Shown: positions 10,116-19,810 of the stretch, one piece after another
Layout: each line of letters begins with the position of its first letter
How positions within the stretch are numbered: position 1 is the first letter of the stretch
Source of the DNA: Chloroflexia bacterium
GTDB taxonomy: Bacteria; Chloroflexota; Chloroflexia; Thermomicrobiales; CADCWN01
NCBI GenBank assembly: GCA_039810045.1
Contig: JBDHWF010000005.1
Coordinates: forward strand, 1-57,761
Direction of reading: 5' to 3'
DNA: 57,761 nucleotides
Position numbers and translations under genes: made by a program
Notes under the pieces: model-generated
The model's database searches: none
The model's input: the letters and a program-made list of their open reading frames with translations, nothing else
What the model was told of the DNA's origin: nothing

Positions 10116-11216
10116 TTACTTGGGAATAAACGAATCACCACGCACGAGTCGCAGAATATCCTGGAAGCCAATCATGAACATCAGCGCCAGTAACATCAGC
10201 AGGCCCACAAAATGCACCATACCTTCACGCTCTGGGGCGATCTTTCGCCCACCGCGTAAAATCTCCAGGATGACGAAGACGAGTCGTCCACCATCCAGGG
10301 CAGGCAGGGGCAGGAGGTTGAGCAGAAAGAGGTTGAGCGAGAGCAGCGCAGCGAGGTTTCCCAGAGTCGCCCACAATGGCAGCGAACTCCGCTGCACGAT
10401 CTCCCCAGTCAATTGCCCCATCCCAATCGGCCCGGCAATATCATTGGTGCTGACACGCCCACTGAACAACTGGCGCAAGCCATCTACCTGCAAGGCAACA
10501 GCATTCCAGGCACTGCGTACCCCTTCGTAGGGGGCTTGCCAGAGTGGTACTGGTTCGTAGGCAACCTGACTCAGCAACGTCACACCAGTTCGCCCCTGGC
10601 CTTCAGGGTACGTTACCCGTGGGGTCACTTCAGTCTGAACTTGCTGACCGTTACGCAACAGAGTTACTGGTAGCGGTTTCCCGGCATATTCCTCTGACAG
10701 TGTTCGCAATTCCTGGGCATTGGTAATCGGTTGCCCCGCCGCTGCAATAATCTGATCGCCATGCTGCCAACCCGCCGCCGCTGCCGGAGTATCTGGCTGT
10801 ACGATATCAATCGTTACGGTGCTATTCGGCCCAGGCCGGCCCTGGGCAACCGCTAGCGCCGTGAAAATCAGAATTGCCAGCAGCAGGTTCATAATCACGC
10901 CTGCAACAAGCACAAACGCCCGTTGCGGCGCGGTCTTGGAAACGAACGAATCGTCGCCATAGGCAGCACCACCATCAGGGCGCAGGTCGTCCTGCCCGTA
11001 CATCTTGACGAAACCACCAAACGGGATCCAGTTGATCGAGTAGATAACGCCACTCTTCGCTGTATACCCCCACAGCCGTGGCGGCAGACCCATCCCAAAC
11101 TCTTCAACGCGAATGCCGACCAACCGTGCGGCGACGAAATGGCCGATTTCGTGGACGAGAATCAGGATGCCAAGAATAGGAACAATCCAGAGGGAATTGA
11201 GGAGGCCGCTCGGCAT
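10116..11216 (-). CDS. rseP: Site-2 (M50) RIP metalloprotease with PDZ domain
   Basis: HEIGH, NLLPLPALDGG and a PDZ segment; usual rseP-ispG synteny. Confidence 0.93.
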   Translation of the reverse strand: MPSGLLNSLWIVPILGILILVHEIGHFVAARLVGIRVEEFGMGLPPRLWGYTAKSGVIYSINWIPFGGFVKMYGQDDLRPDGGAAYGDDSFVSKTAPQRAFVLVAGVIMNLLLAILIFTALAVAQGRPGPNSTVTIDIVQPDTPAAAAGWQHGDQIIAAAGQPITNAQELRTLSEEYAGKPLPVTLLRNGQQVQTEVTPRVTYPEGQGRTGVTLLSQVAYEPVPLWQAPYEGVRSAWNAVALQVDGLRQLFSGRVSTNDIAGPIGMGQLTGEIVQRSSLPLWATLGNLAALLSLNLFLLNLLPLPALDGGRLVFVILEILRGGRKIAPEREGMVHFVGLLMLLALMFMIGFQDILRLVRGDSFIPK

Positions 11217-11417
11217 AATTTCCACTCGTTTCAACAGCCCACAATGCTCGTAAATTGGCAGGGCAGTGGGCAACCTTTTCCCTGCCAGTATAGCATACGC
11301 CCTTCCTCAGGACGCCTGACAAGCAGAAAATGTTTCAGCGCAGCAACCAGACTGAGGCAACCAGAACAGGCTATACTAATAGAGTGACACCGCACGTTTG
11401 CTGAAGGAGTCTTGGTT

Positions 11418-11669
11418 ATGAACCGCTTTTTTCGCCTTGCTGTCGATGAGACGACGCTGACCGATGCGCTCTACGAGTTTGTCGTCGAACCAAGCGCTAA
11501 CTCGCGCAATACGCTGCCAGTGATCCTTGAACTCAATGATGTTGCCCCCGAAATGGTCGAAGTGATGGAAAGTATGATCCTCGATGGTGTCGATCAGCGG
11601 CATTATGTTGAAGATTACGTCCATGCCGTCGTCACTGGCGAAGGGCTGACCGACCAGCCATCGCAATAA
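11418..11669 (+). CDS. Small acidic hypothetical protein (83 aa)
   Basis: AAGGAG RBS; fills the gap between rseP and pyrB with protein-like composition. Confidence 0.7.
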   Translation: MNRFFRLAVDETTLTDALYEFVVEPSANSRNTLPVILELNDVAPEMVEVMESMILDGVDQRHYVEDYVHAVVTGEGLTDQPSQ

Positions 11670-11751
11670 GCAACCCTCGGCATTCCTCAACCATTACCAG
11701 ATCCACCGCCACCGTTGAGATCGAGGCTACAGCGATCTGTGCGCATACCCC

Positions 11752-11781
11752 TTGACGGATGTACGTACGGACAGGTAGACT
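11752..11781 (+). promoter_or_regulatory. Putative sigma70 promoter of pyrB
   Basis: TTGACG-N18-TAGACT; the spacer contains ATGTACGTAC. Confidence 0.45.
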
Positions 11782-11834
11782 AGCGACAATTTAAGGTGGT
11801 GGCGGTAGCGACTGGCGGGAATAGGGGGACAGAC

Positions 11835-13097
11835 GTGACGCTGAAAGGCAGAAGCATTGTCAGCATCGGCGATCTGAGCCGAGCGGAGATTGAGTTAATT
11901 TTCCGTTGTGCCGAACGATTTGCGGCGCAACCTCGTGGACAAACCCATCTGGGTCGCGGCTTTCAGCTAGCGACTCTTTTTTTTGAGCCAAGTACCCGCA
12001 CTCGACTCTCCTTTGAGTCAGCAATGAATCGCCTGGGCGGAGCGGTTCTCACCGTCGCTGATGGCGCTCAATCGTCAGCGTCCAAAGGGGAAACACTGGC
12101 GGATACAGCCCGCATTGTCAGTGCCTATGCTGACCTGATCGTACTGCGCCACCCAACCGAAGGCTCAGCGCGCGTCGTCGCCGATGCGGCGACAGTGCCA
12201 GTGATTAATGGTGGTGATGGCGCACACGAACACCCCACCCAAACCCTCTGCGATCTCTATACCCTTGGGCAGGAATGCGGCAAAGTGGAAGGGCTCACCG
12301 TCACACTCTACGGCGACCTCAAGTATGGGCGGACAGTACACTCACTGGCCTATGGGCTGGCCCTTTTTGGCGGACGCATCATCTTTGCCCCAGCCGACCC
12401 TGCGCTGGCCCCTCCGGCCTACGTGCTGGAACAGTTACGCACGGTCTATGGCGTGGAACCTGAGTGGTGGGACCCAAACTCTGGCACGCCAATGCCCACC
12501 GCTGACGCGCTCTACCTGACACGGGTCCAAAAAGAGCGGTTCACCGGCAGTACGGCTGGCGCGCGTGATTACCCACGAATTGATCTGGCGACATTACAGC
12601 GCTGGGGCGTGGCCGACTCGACGATCTTGATGCATCCGCTACCGCGCGCTGGCGAACTTGATCCGAACCTGGATCAGGAAACGCGCAGCGCCTACTTCCG
12701 ACAGGCAGCCTATGGCGTCCCCGTGCGGATGGCCGCAATGGCGCTTATCCTAGGGATTGCTGAGGAAGAGTGGGCCAGTGGCTGGGGTGCCAGACGCAGC
12801 CCGGTGCCTGCGACGCCAGCAACCGTTGGGAGTACGCAGCAGGCAATCGAGTTTGCCAATCCTGATACCTGTTGCCCCAATCCTCGGTGCATCAGCAATC
12901 GGGAGGGGGAATCGGTAACGCAGCAGTTTGTCTTGATGCGACTGGGCCTGATCAGTAAAGTACGTTGCCACTATTGCGACGCCATTGTGCGTAGCGATGA
13001 ACTCGGCGTACCAGCCGATTACACGGCGGCTCAGCTGCCGCAGAGTATTTCATTGCAGGAGTCAGCGCTTTATCAACCAGCTATTCTCGCTGATTAG
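11835..13097 (+). CDS. pyrB: Aspartate carbamoyltransferase catalytic subunit fused to a C-terminal PyrI-type zinc domain
   Basis: FFEPSTRT, HPTQ, GDLKYGRTVHS, RVQKER, MHPLPR. C-terminal CPNPRCIS...CHYCD. Confidence 0.93.
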   Translation: MTLKGRSIVSIGDLSRAEIELIFRCAERFAAQPRGQTHLGRGFQLATLFFEPSTRTRLSFESAMNRLGGAVLTVADGAQSSASKGETLADTARIVSAYADLIVLRHPTEGSARVVADAATVPVINGGDGAHEHPTQTLCDLYTLGQECGKVEGLTVTLYGDLKYGRTVHSLAYGLALFGGRIIFAPADPALAPPAYVLEQLRTVYGVEPEWWDPNSGTPMPTADALYLTRVQKERFTGSTAGARDYPRIDLATLQRWGVADSTILMHPLPRAGELDPNLDQETRSAYFRQAAYGVPVRMAAMALILGIAEEEWASGWGARRSPVPATPATVGSTQQAIEFANPDTCCPNPRCISNREGESVTQQFVLMRLGLISKVRCHYCDAIVRSDELGVPADYTAAQLPQSISLQESALYQPAILAD

Positions 13098-13127
13098 CGC
13101 GATAGCACAGCAAGAACGAAGTGCAGC

Positions 13128-13154
13128 AAGGGAGGGCCGCTATGACCCTCCCTT
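13128..13154. terminator. Hairpin between convergent pyrB and ABM-like genes
   Basis: AAGGGAGGG-ccgctatga-CCCTCCCTT. Confidence 0.6.
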
Positions 13155-13209
13155 TCGCGATTGCACCATCCTGCTCCAAAGAAACACTGCGGGCTGGATA
13201 GAGCCCTGG

Positions 13210-13500
13210 TTATGCTGGTTGATAGACCTGGTAGAACCCAGAGAATGGCACGCCACTCAGAAACTTGCCAACTGACTCTTCAAGTTCACGCGCTTCTGGG
13301 GAATAGCTAAACTGATAGTAGTCCTGATCGCTCTCCCAGTAGGCGATCAGGGTATAGCGCCCACCAAGATAATCAGCCAACAGCGACAATGAATTGAACC
13401 CCGGCCAGCGCGACATCGCTAATTCTGAGTCATGGGCAATCTGTGCGGCGGCTCGAGGCCGACCAAAGCCAACATCGAAGCGTAACAACTTCGCGTACAT
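13210..13500 (-). CDS. Small ABM/dimeric alpha-beta barrel-like protein
   Basis: MYAKL.RF....PGF.SL.LL.D..GRY..I.YWES pattern; GGGG RBS-like sequence before ATG 13500. Confidence 0.65.
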   Translation of the reverse strand: MYAKLLRFDVGFGRPRAAAQIAHDSELAMSRWPGFNSLSLLADYLGGRYTLIAYWESDQDYYQFSYSPEARELEESVGKFLSGVPFSGFYQVYQPA

Positions 13501-13592
13501 TTTCCCCCTCACCATTTCGCTTAGCCGACCAAAGGCGCTGCTCAGGCCATCGTTATGTCGTAATTATGCACGCTCTGCCCAAATCGGCAACT

Positions 13593-15425
13593 CTAGCGTT
13601 GATCATAGATCGCCGGATCATTAGCTGCATCCTGAACGCTCATTGCAGTGGCAACAGGCAGTGTAAAGGTAAAGGTTGCGCCTGGGCCATCCAGGTTATT
13701 GCGTGCGCTGAGGATTCCACCATGCGCGCTGATCAGGTGTTTGGCAATAGCCAGTCCAAGGCCAGTACCACCGCCACTTCGCGCCTTATCGGCCTTATAG
13801 AATCGCTCGAAGATCCGCGGTAAGTCGTCAGGATCAATCCCCGTACCACTATCTCGCACGGCGAAAGCAACCATTCCCTCTTGTGGCACAGCACTGACAA
13901 TAATCTGCCCCCCAGGTGCAGTGAACTTAATCGCATTATGTAAGAGGTTGAGCAGAACCTGACCAATTCGATCGCGATCGGCAAAGACGGCAGGCAAATC
14001 TGCACGATCCTCTATGGTCAGCAGCAGGCCCGCCCGTTCAGCTTGCGTTGCCAGCCGCATTACCCCCAAATGCAGTAAGTCGAGCGGGGCAATCGGCTCG
14101 CGGGTCAATGGCACCTGCCCTGATTCAATCCGCGAAAGTTCAAGCAGTTCACGCACGAGTTGGGTCAGGTGATCCACCTCGCCATTCATCAGCGACAGGA
14201 AGTGGCGGGCGGCATCTTCCTCTTCAATCGCCCCGCCATCCAACGTTTCAACCAGCGCTTTCAGCGAAGCGAGTGGTGTACGCAATTCGTGCGAGATATT
14301 TGCGACGAAATCACGCCGCGCGGTTTCCAGGCGGCGCACTTCGGTAAGATCCTGGAGCACCAACAGGACAGGTTGCCCTGCAACACCGCGCACCGGGGCG
14401 GCGACCGCACGAATCGTCCGCCGCCCAGCGCCCAGTTCCAGGAGCATACTGGAAGTCTCGCCACGCCGCCGTGCGCCTTCAACCAGGCGCGGCAGTTCGT
14501 GATCATGGGCGACCTCGATCAAGGCGCGACCATGCACCGCCCGCTGCGGGCGCGAGGTCTGGCGTGATAACACTGGGGAGAGCAACCGTTCAGCGGCGCT
14601 ATTCGCCAGCACAACTTCGCCAGCGTGATCAATCATCAACAGCCCATCACCCATCGTTTCCAGAATTGCTGAGAGTTTGGCCCGCTCATCAGAAATAATC
14701 CCAATAGTCTCCCGCAATTCATCAGCCATACGGTTGAAGGTGAGCCCAAGCTGCCCGATCTCATCAGTGCCACGAGGGTCAGCCCGCAGATCAAGATCGC
14801 CCGCTGCCATCCCACTGGTGACCGCTGTCAGCGCGTTGATCGGCTGAATAATATAACGGGAAAGCAAACTCGCCAGGAGTGCCGCCAAAATCCCACTGAC
14901 CAGAACGCCGAGAAACGCCACAAACCGCAATCGGGCAATCTGATCATTCACGCTATCGAGCGATTGTGCGACCCGGGCAACGCCAATCAGCGTGCCATCG
15001 CGCCGAATGGGCACCGCTGCATAGATAAGTTCCCGCCCTAATGTTGTGCTCTGACGCACACTCACTCCACGCTGATCAGCCAGCACCGCAGCAACTTCTG
15101 GCCTGGTAGCATGGTTTTCCATCAGCGCGGGCGCGCCATCCGAGTCGCCAAGGACTGTCCCATCCAATCTGATGATCGTAATGCGATTCGTTACGTCTGA
15201 GGCGAGATCTTTGGCGAGCGCGTCAAGCAGGGGAGGGTCATCCCAGCGTACTACTGCCGACCGGGCCACGAGATGCGCCTGGCCGATCAGTTGGGTTTCG
15301 GCATTGGAAATCGCCAGATCACGGGCAACCTGAATCAGATAAATCGCCAGCAACGTTGTTACCACCAGTACCAGTGGCACGGTGGTGAGAAGTAAACGTG
15401 AGCGAAGGCCAATTGTACGATTCAT
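13593..15425 (-). CDS. Sensor histidine kinase (PhoR/WalK-like; 2 TM, HAMP, PAS, HisKA, HATPase)
   Basis: DEIGQLG HAMP, NISHELRTPL, NLLHNAIKF, DSGTGI, GGTGLGLAIAK. Confidence 0.95.
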   Translation of the reverse strand: MNRTIGLRSRLLLTTVPLVLVVTTLLAIYLIQVARDLAISNAETQLIGQAHLVARSAVVRWDDPPLLDALAKDLASDVTNRITIIRLDGTVLGDSDGAPALMENHATRPEVAAVLADQRGVSVRQSTTLGRELIYAAVPIRRDGTLIGVARVAQSLDSVNDQIARLRFVAFLGVLVSGILAALLASLLSRYIIQPINALTAVTSGMAAGDLDLRADPRGTDEIGQLGLTFNRMADELRETIGIISDERAKLSAILETMGDGLLMIDHAGEVVLANSAAERLLSPVLSRQTSRPQRAVHGRALIEVAHDHELPRLVEGARRRGETSSMLLELGAGRRTIRAVAAPVRGVAGQPVLLVLQDLTEVRRLETARRDFVANISHELRTPLASLKALVETLDGGAIEEEDAARHFLSLMNGEVDHLTQLVRELLELSRIESGQVPLTREPIAPLDLLHLGVMRLATQAERAGLLLTIEDRADLPAVFADRDRIGQVLLNLLHNAIKFTAPGGQIIVSAVPQEGMVAFAVRDSGTGIDPDDLPRIFERFYKADKARSGGGTGLGLAIAKHLISAHGGILSARNNLDGPGATFTFTLPVATAMSVQDAANDPAIYDQR

Positions 15426-15473
15426 CGTTTACTCCGCACTCTCGCTGCTGCCCATTATTGCAGAGCCAAACAA

Positions 15474-16202
15474 TCAGGCGGTGAAGCGATAGCCGAGGCC
15501 CCGCACGGTGAGCAGGTGGACGGGCGCGCTGGGCTGCGGTTCGATCTTCTCCCGCAGCCAGCGAATATGCACATCGACGGTGCGTGTATCCACGGGGTAA
15601 TCATAGCCCCACACCCGCGCCAGCAGGACATCTCGCGAAAGCACGACATTGTTATTTCGCGCGAGAAAGAGCAAGAGATCAAACTCTTTGGGTTTCAGAT
15701 CCAACAATCGCCCATCCCAACTCGCCTGATGCTGCTGCGGATCCATTTGCAACAGACCAAGCCGAATCGGTTGCTCACGTTCCTCCTCAGGGGAAGCAGC
15801 CTGCGCCCCAGCAAGCTCGCTCCGCCGAAGAAGAGCTTTGAGGCGGGCGAGTAGTTCGCGCATTGAGAACGGTTTAGTCAGGTAATCATCAGCGCCGAGT
15901 TCCAGGCCGAGAACCTTATCGAGTTCCCCTTCTCTAGCCGTCAACAGCAGAATTGGCACCGCCGAGTCCCGCCGCAAGGTGCGGCAGACCTCAAAGCCAT
16001 CGAGCCCCGGCAGCATCACATCCAGCACCAAGGCATCGGGCCGCTCCCGCTTCGCCAGCGTCAGGGCACTCGGCCCATCATAGGCCTGCACCGTCTGGTA
16101 GCCTTCCCGCCGCAACGTGTAGCTGATCGTTTCCGTCAGCACCCGCTCGTCATCCACCACCAGGATCTTCTTACCTGTTCGAAACTCAGGGCCGCCGGTC
16201 AT
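15474..16202 (-). CDS. OmpR/PhoB-family response regulator
   Basis: ILVVDDE, LDVMLP, GADDYLTKPF and winged-helix RTVDVHIRWLREK. Confidence 0.95.
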   Translation of the reverse strand: MTGGPEFRTGKKILVVDDERVLTETISYTLRREGYQTVQAYDGPSALTLAKRERPDALVLDVMLPGLDGFEVCRTLRRDSAVPILLLTAREGELDKVLGLELGADDYLTKPFSMRELLARLKALLRRSELAGAQAASPEEEREQPIRLGLLQMDPQQHQASWDGRLLDLKPKEFDLLLFLARNNNVVLSRDVLLARVWGYDYPVDTRTVDVHIRWLREKIEPQPSAPVHLLTVRGLGYRFTA

Positions 16203-16354
16203 CGTACCCCTCATTGGTCTGCCCAATCACACAGCAACATTGTACTCTATAGGTTAAGCAGAATAATTGAGATTGCTCCATCCTGCGGGTAGAATGGGGA
16301 ACGGAACGGCAAGCGGCACTGACGTTGCACGGCTGCTCGCGCTGGAGGATAACG

Positions 16355-17359
16355 ATGCGCATTGCTCTTGATGCGATGGGGGGAGATCACGCCCCAGCTG
16401 AATCGGTCGCTGGTGCAGTGGCTGCGGCACGGGCCCATGGCGTAGAAGTAGCCTTGGTGGGCCGCACAACGGCAATTGAAGCGGAACTGGCGAAACATGA
16501 TTGTGCGGGATTGCACCTGCCAATCGTCGAAGCGCCAGATCTGATCGACATGGATGAACACGCCGCCAATGCCGCCCGCCGCAAGCCAAATGCTTCAATC
16601 AACGTTGCCCTGAGGCAGGTGAAAGACGGCACCGCCGCGGCGATGATTTCAGCGGGGAATAGCGGCGCAGTTATGGCCGCAGCACTCTTTGTTTTGGGTC
16701 GGGTACCAGGAATCGAACGTCCAGCAATTGGCGCGGTGTTACCAGCCCCCACTGGTCGTATTTTGCTGATTGATGCTGGAGCAAATACCGACCCAAAGCC
16801 CTCACAGATGGTGCAATTTGGGCAGATGGGGGCGATCTTCATGGAAAAGGTACAGGGAATTCATCGCCCTCGAGTTGGGCTGCTCGCCAATGGCGAAGAG
16901 GCAACCAAGGGCAATGAGCTTGTTCAGGCAACCCATCCCTTGCTAGCGGCCAGCGGCCTGAACTTTATCGGCAATATCGAGGGGAAAGATATTCCCGCAG
17001 GTGTGGCTGATGTTGTTGTGGCTGATGGCTATACGGGAAATGTTGCCCTCAAACTCACTGAAGGGGTTTCCTCGATGTTGCTGGGCATGATCCGCACGGA
17101 GTTGACCGCAAACCCACTCACCAAACTGCTGGCAGCGGGCTTGCGCCCAGCATTCGGGCGGGTACGGGCGCGGCTCGATTACCGCGAAGTTGGTGGCGCG
17201 CCCCTGCTGGGCGTGAATGGCGTGGTGGTGATTGCCCATGGACGCTCGGATGCCCGCGCCATTGAAAACGCTATTCGCGCCTGTAAAGAAGCCGCTGAGG
17301 GTGGCACGGTCGCCGCGATCCGTTCGCTGCACCCAACGGCCCCAGTCGCTGAAGATTAG
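16355..17359 (+). CDS. plsX: Phosphate acyltransferase
   Basis: IALDAMGGD, SAGNSGA, IERPAI, DAGAN, DGYTGNVALK, GGAPLLG, HGRS. Confidence 0.97.
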   Translation: MRIALDAMGGDHAPAESVAGAVAAARAHGVEVALVGRTTAIEAELAKHDCAGLHLPIVEAPDLIDMDEHAANAARRKPNASINVALRQVKDGTAAAMISAGNSGAVMAAALFVLGRVPGIERPAIGAVLPAPTGRILLIDAGANTDPKPSQMVQFGQMGAIFMEKVQGIHRPRVGLLANGEEATKGNELVQATHPLLAASGLNFIGNIEGKDIPAGVADVVVADGYTGNVALKLTEGVSSMLLGMIRTELTANPLTKLLAAGLRPAFGRVRARLDYREVGGAPLLGVNGVVVIAHGRSDARAIENAIRACKEAAEGGTVAAIRSLHPTAPVAED

Positions 17360-17362
17360 CCG

Positions 17363-18202
17363 CTATTGCTCATCAACGTATTTGGTGGAAAAGGTGAGTT
17401 GCGTAAAGCACTCTGGCGCGTGATTATCAATTGAACCGATCTTATTCCACGCCAGCCCCGCATAGACCACCTGGCCCAGCAGGTTCAGCTTTTCGTAGCG
17501 GGCAAATAACAGCCGCCAGTTATCACCATCTTGGGGCGGAATACTACGCCCCCCCGCCAGCGCCCCCATCCCCGACCAGGGGAACGCCAATTCGACGCGC
17601 CAACCCTGATCAACCGTGGTTGGGTCGTTGAGCGTGCCATCAATGTAGACTGCGGCCCGTAGACCGGGAAAATCCCAATCGGGGAAGGCCCAACGGGCTT
17701 TACGCGGGTGATTGCCCCACCACATCCCTTCGCCCGCCCGATCAAAGTTGCCACCAAAGGAGAGCGCAGGCCGCCCAAGAAGATCAAACTCTGGCGTATC
17801 AAAGCGACTGCCACGCTGGTACGCATCCTGCCAGATCAGGAAGACTTCATAGATCGTTCCGAGGGCGTTCATCTCAAATTCGTAGTAACAATCGCCACCG
17901 TCAATGAACACTTCAATATCGTTCTCGTAGAAGATCAGCGAGTCGCGCTCGGTGCGCTCAGCCGTCACAAACGGTTCCTCCAGCCAGAACCCCACATAAA
18001 GGGCTTCGTCATTCCAGAGCGCAGCGGCGCGGGTATCATAGAGCCCTGGCTGACCAGTAACGACATCAACAAAACGGGGGGAGCGTGGGGCCTGCTGCCA
18101 GGAAGCCGCATCCAACCGCCCATCAAGCGGTAAACGCTCGCGGGTGCGATAGCAGGTGTAGTGCGCTACTTCCTGCGCGCCAGAGTAATACTGTTCCATC
18201 AT
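17363..18202 (-). CDS. Carbohydrate-binding family 9-like (DOMON-type) protein
   Basis: LDGRLD..SWQ, LWNDEALYV, ENDIEVFID, YYEFEMNALG, WRVELAFPW. Confidence 0.75.
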   Translation of the reverse strand: MMEQYYSGAQEVAHYTCYRTRERLPLDGRLDAASWQQAPRSPRFVDVVTGQPGLYDTRAAALWNDEALYVGFWLEEPFVTAERTERDSLIFYENDIEVFIDGGDCYYEFEMNALGTIYEVFLIWQDAYQRGSRFDTPEFDLLGRPALSFGGNFDRAGEGMWWGNHPRKARWAFPDWDFPGLRAAVYIDGTLNDPTTVDQGWRVELAFPWSGMGALAGGRSIPPQDGDNWRLLFARYEKLNLLGQVVYAGLAWNKIGSIDNHAPECFTQLTFSTKYVDEQ

Positions 18203-18346
18203 TTCCCCCCATTAACCTGTCCCCCATGGTGTAGCACGCGGAGTGTAGCATGCTCGGTGAGGCGTGGGGCTTTGCGAACTGAACGTACACCGTTACAATT
18301 ACCCTGACCGGTTAGCACTGACCCGTTGCGGCAAAGGGAGTTGACG

Positions 18347-19582
18347 ATGAATCAACCCACACAATCAATCCTGATGATTCGGCATCATCCGATTTTATTG
18401 CTGGTACGTGCCTGGCAGCCAGGACTATTGCTGTTGATTTCGGCCACCCTGGTACTGATCTTTGCCAGCGCCCCAACGGAGATCGCCCCTTCCTGGTTTT
18501 GGCTGACCATCTTGGGCGGGCTCTTTCTTGTCGGTGCCGTCTGGCTAGCAGCGGCCTACCTGAGCTGGAATAATGATCGCCTCTACCTTACCGCCACGCG
18601 GTTAATTGAAATCGCTGGGATTAGTGGCCTGCGGGAAGAGCGCCGCGAATTACGCATTGATCAGCTACAAAGCGTTGAGATCGACTTTAGTAATCCCATT
18701 ATGCGCTGGTGTGGCTGTGCCGACCTGGTTATTTCACTCACTGCCATTGGGCCACTGCGCTTCGCTGCCGCCCGCGATCCGCTCGTCGTGCGAGAGCGGA
18801 TTCTGGCGCGGCTAGATGAGTATGCCCATCAGCGTGAACAAGTTGATGATGCAACAGTCCATGCCAGTATTGAGGCGTTATTAGAACAAGAGGAAACGCC
18901 GCTCCTGCCCCAGACGGAGCCACAGCAGCGAGGATCACTACAGCCTGGGCAACGGTTCCAACTACCAGCACCACGTCCACTTTTTTTTGGTCGCCAGATC
19001 GCCGGGGTAGCGTGGCGGCGGCACCCCTGGTTTCTCTGCCGCGCCTGGGTTGGGCCAATCCTGGTATTGATCATCGCGATGACATTCCCATTCCTGCTTG
19101 ATCGAATCGCCCTGCCATTAACCGCATCAACACGTAATGGCCTAACGCTCTGCCTCCTGGTAGTGGGGCTGTTCTGGTTGTGGTGGCAATGGGCAGATTG
19201 GCGTAATGATCACTATGTTGTCACGCCAGATCGGTTGGTCGAGATCGAGCAGATGCCCTTGGGATTGCGGCAACAGTTTACGGAAGCGGCCCTCGATAAG
19301 GTTCAGGATATTCGCTATCGGATTCCAAACCCATTAGCAAACTTGCTAAATTACGGCGATGTCATGGTACGCACCGCCAGCACCAACCAACCATTTATTT
19401 TTCGGGGGATCGCCCGGCCACGCCAGCTTGCTGCACAAATTGATCACCACGTCACAGCGTTACGGCTGGCTGAGGAGCAAGGTCGCCATCAGGCGATTCG
19501 TAGCGAATTTGCCCGCTGGCTCACAGCGTATGACGAGCTGCGAAATGAGATCCCGCTCTCTACCGAACAGGCACCAGAATAA
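18347..19582 (+). CDS. Membrane protein with two bacterial PH (bPH_2) domains
   Basis: Two units of TM pair plus W.ND.(L/Y).(L/V)T..RL.EI...Q.V. Confidence 0.8.
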   Translation: MNQPTQSILMIRHHPILLLVRAWQPGLLLLISATLVLIFASAPTEIAPSWFWLTILGGLFLVGAVWLAAAYLSWNNDRLYLTATRLIEIAGISGLREERRELRIDQLQSVEIDFSNPIMRWCGCADLVISLTAIGPLRFAAARDPLVVRERILARLDEYAHQREQVDDATVHASIEALLEQEETPLLPQTEPQQRGSLQPGQRFQLPAPRPLFFGRQIAGVAWRRHPWFLCRAWVGPILVLIIAMTFPFLLDRIALPLTASTRNGLTLCLLVVGLFWLWWQWADWRNDHYVVTPDRLVEIEQMPLGLRQQFTEAALDKVQDIRYRIPNPLANLLNYGDVMVRTASTNQPFIFRGIARPRQLAAQIDHHVTALRLAEEQGRHQAIRSEFARWLTAYDELRNEIPLSTEQAPE

Positions 19583-19810
19583 AGCAGTGACACGTTGCGC
19601 ACAACGGAAGATGGCGGGTCGCCGCACTTACGGTGGGGGGCAATAGCGATGCTCAACCACAACTGCCCCCCACCGGGAAGCGTAAGTACGGCCACGAAAG
19701 GTACTGCGCTACTTGTTAGCGTACAGTAGGTTGCCGCCCCTGGCAAGAGGAAAATGTGCAAATTCCCCTGCTTTGCACATTTTCCCCAGTGTTTTCTGTG
19801 CAAAGCAGTT

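Noticed and set aside
16227-16354. PHO box upstream of the response regulator
   Set aside because: No convincing 11-bp-spaced direct repeats, so the two-component system was not named phoBR.
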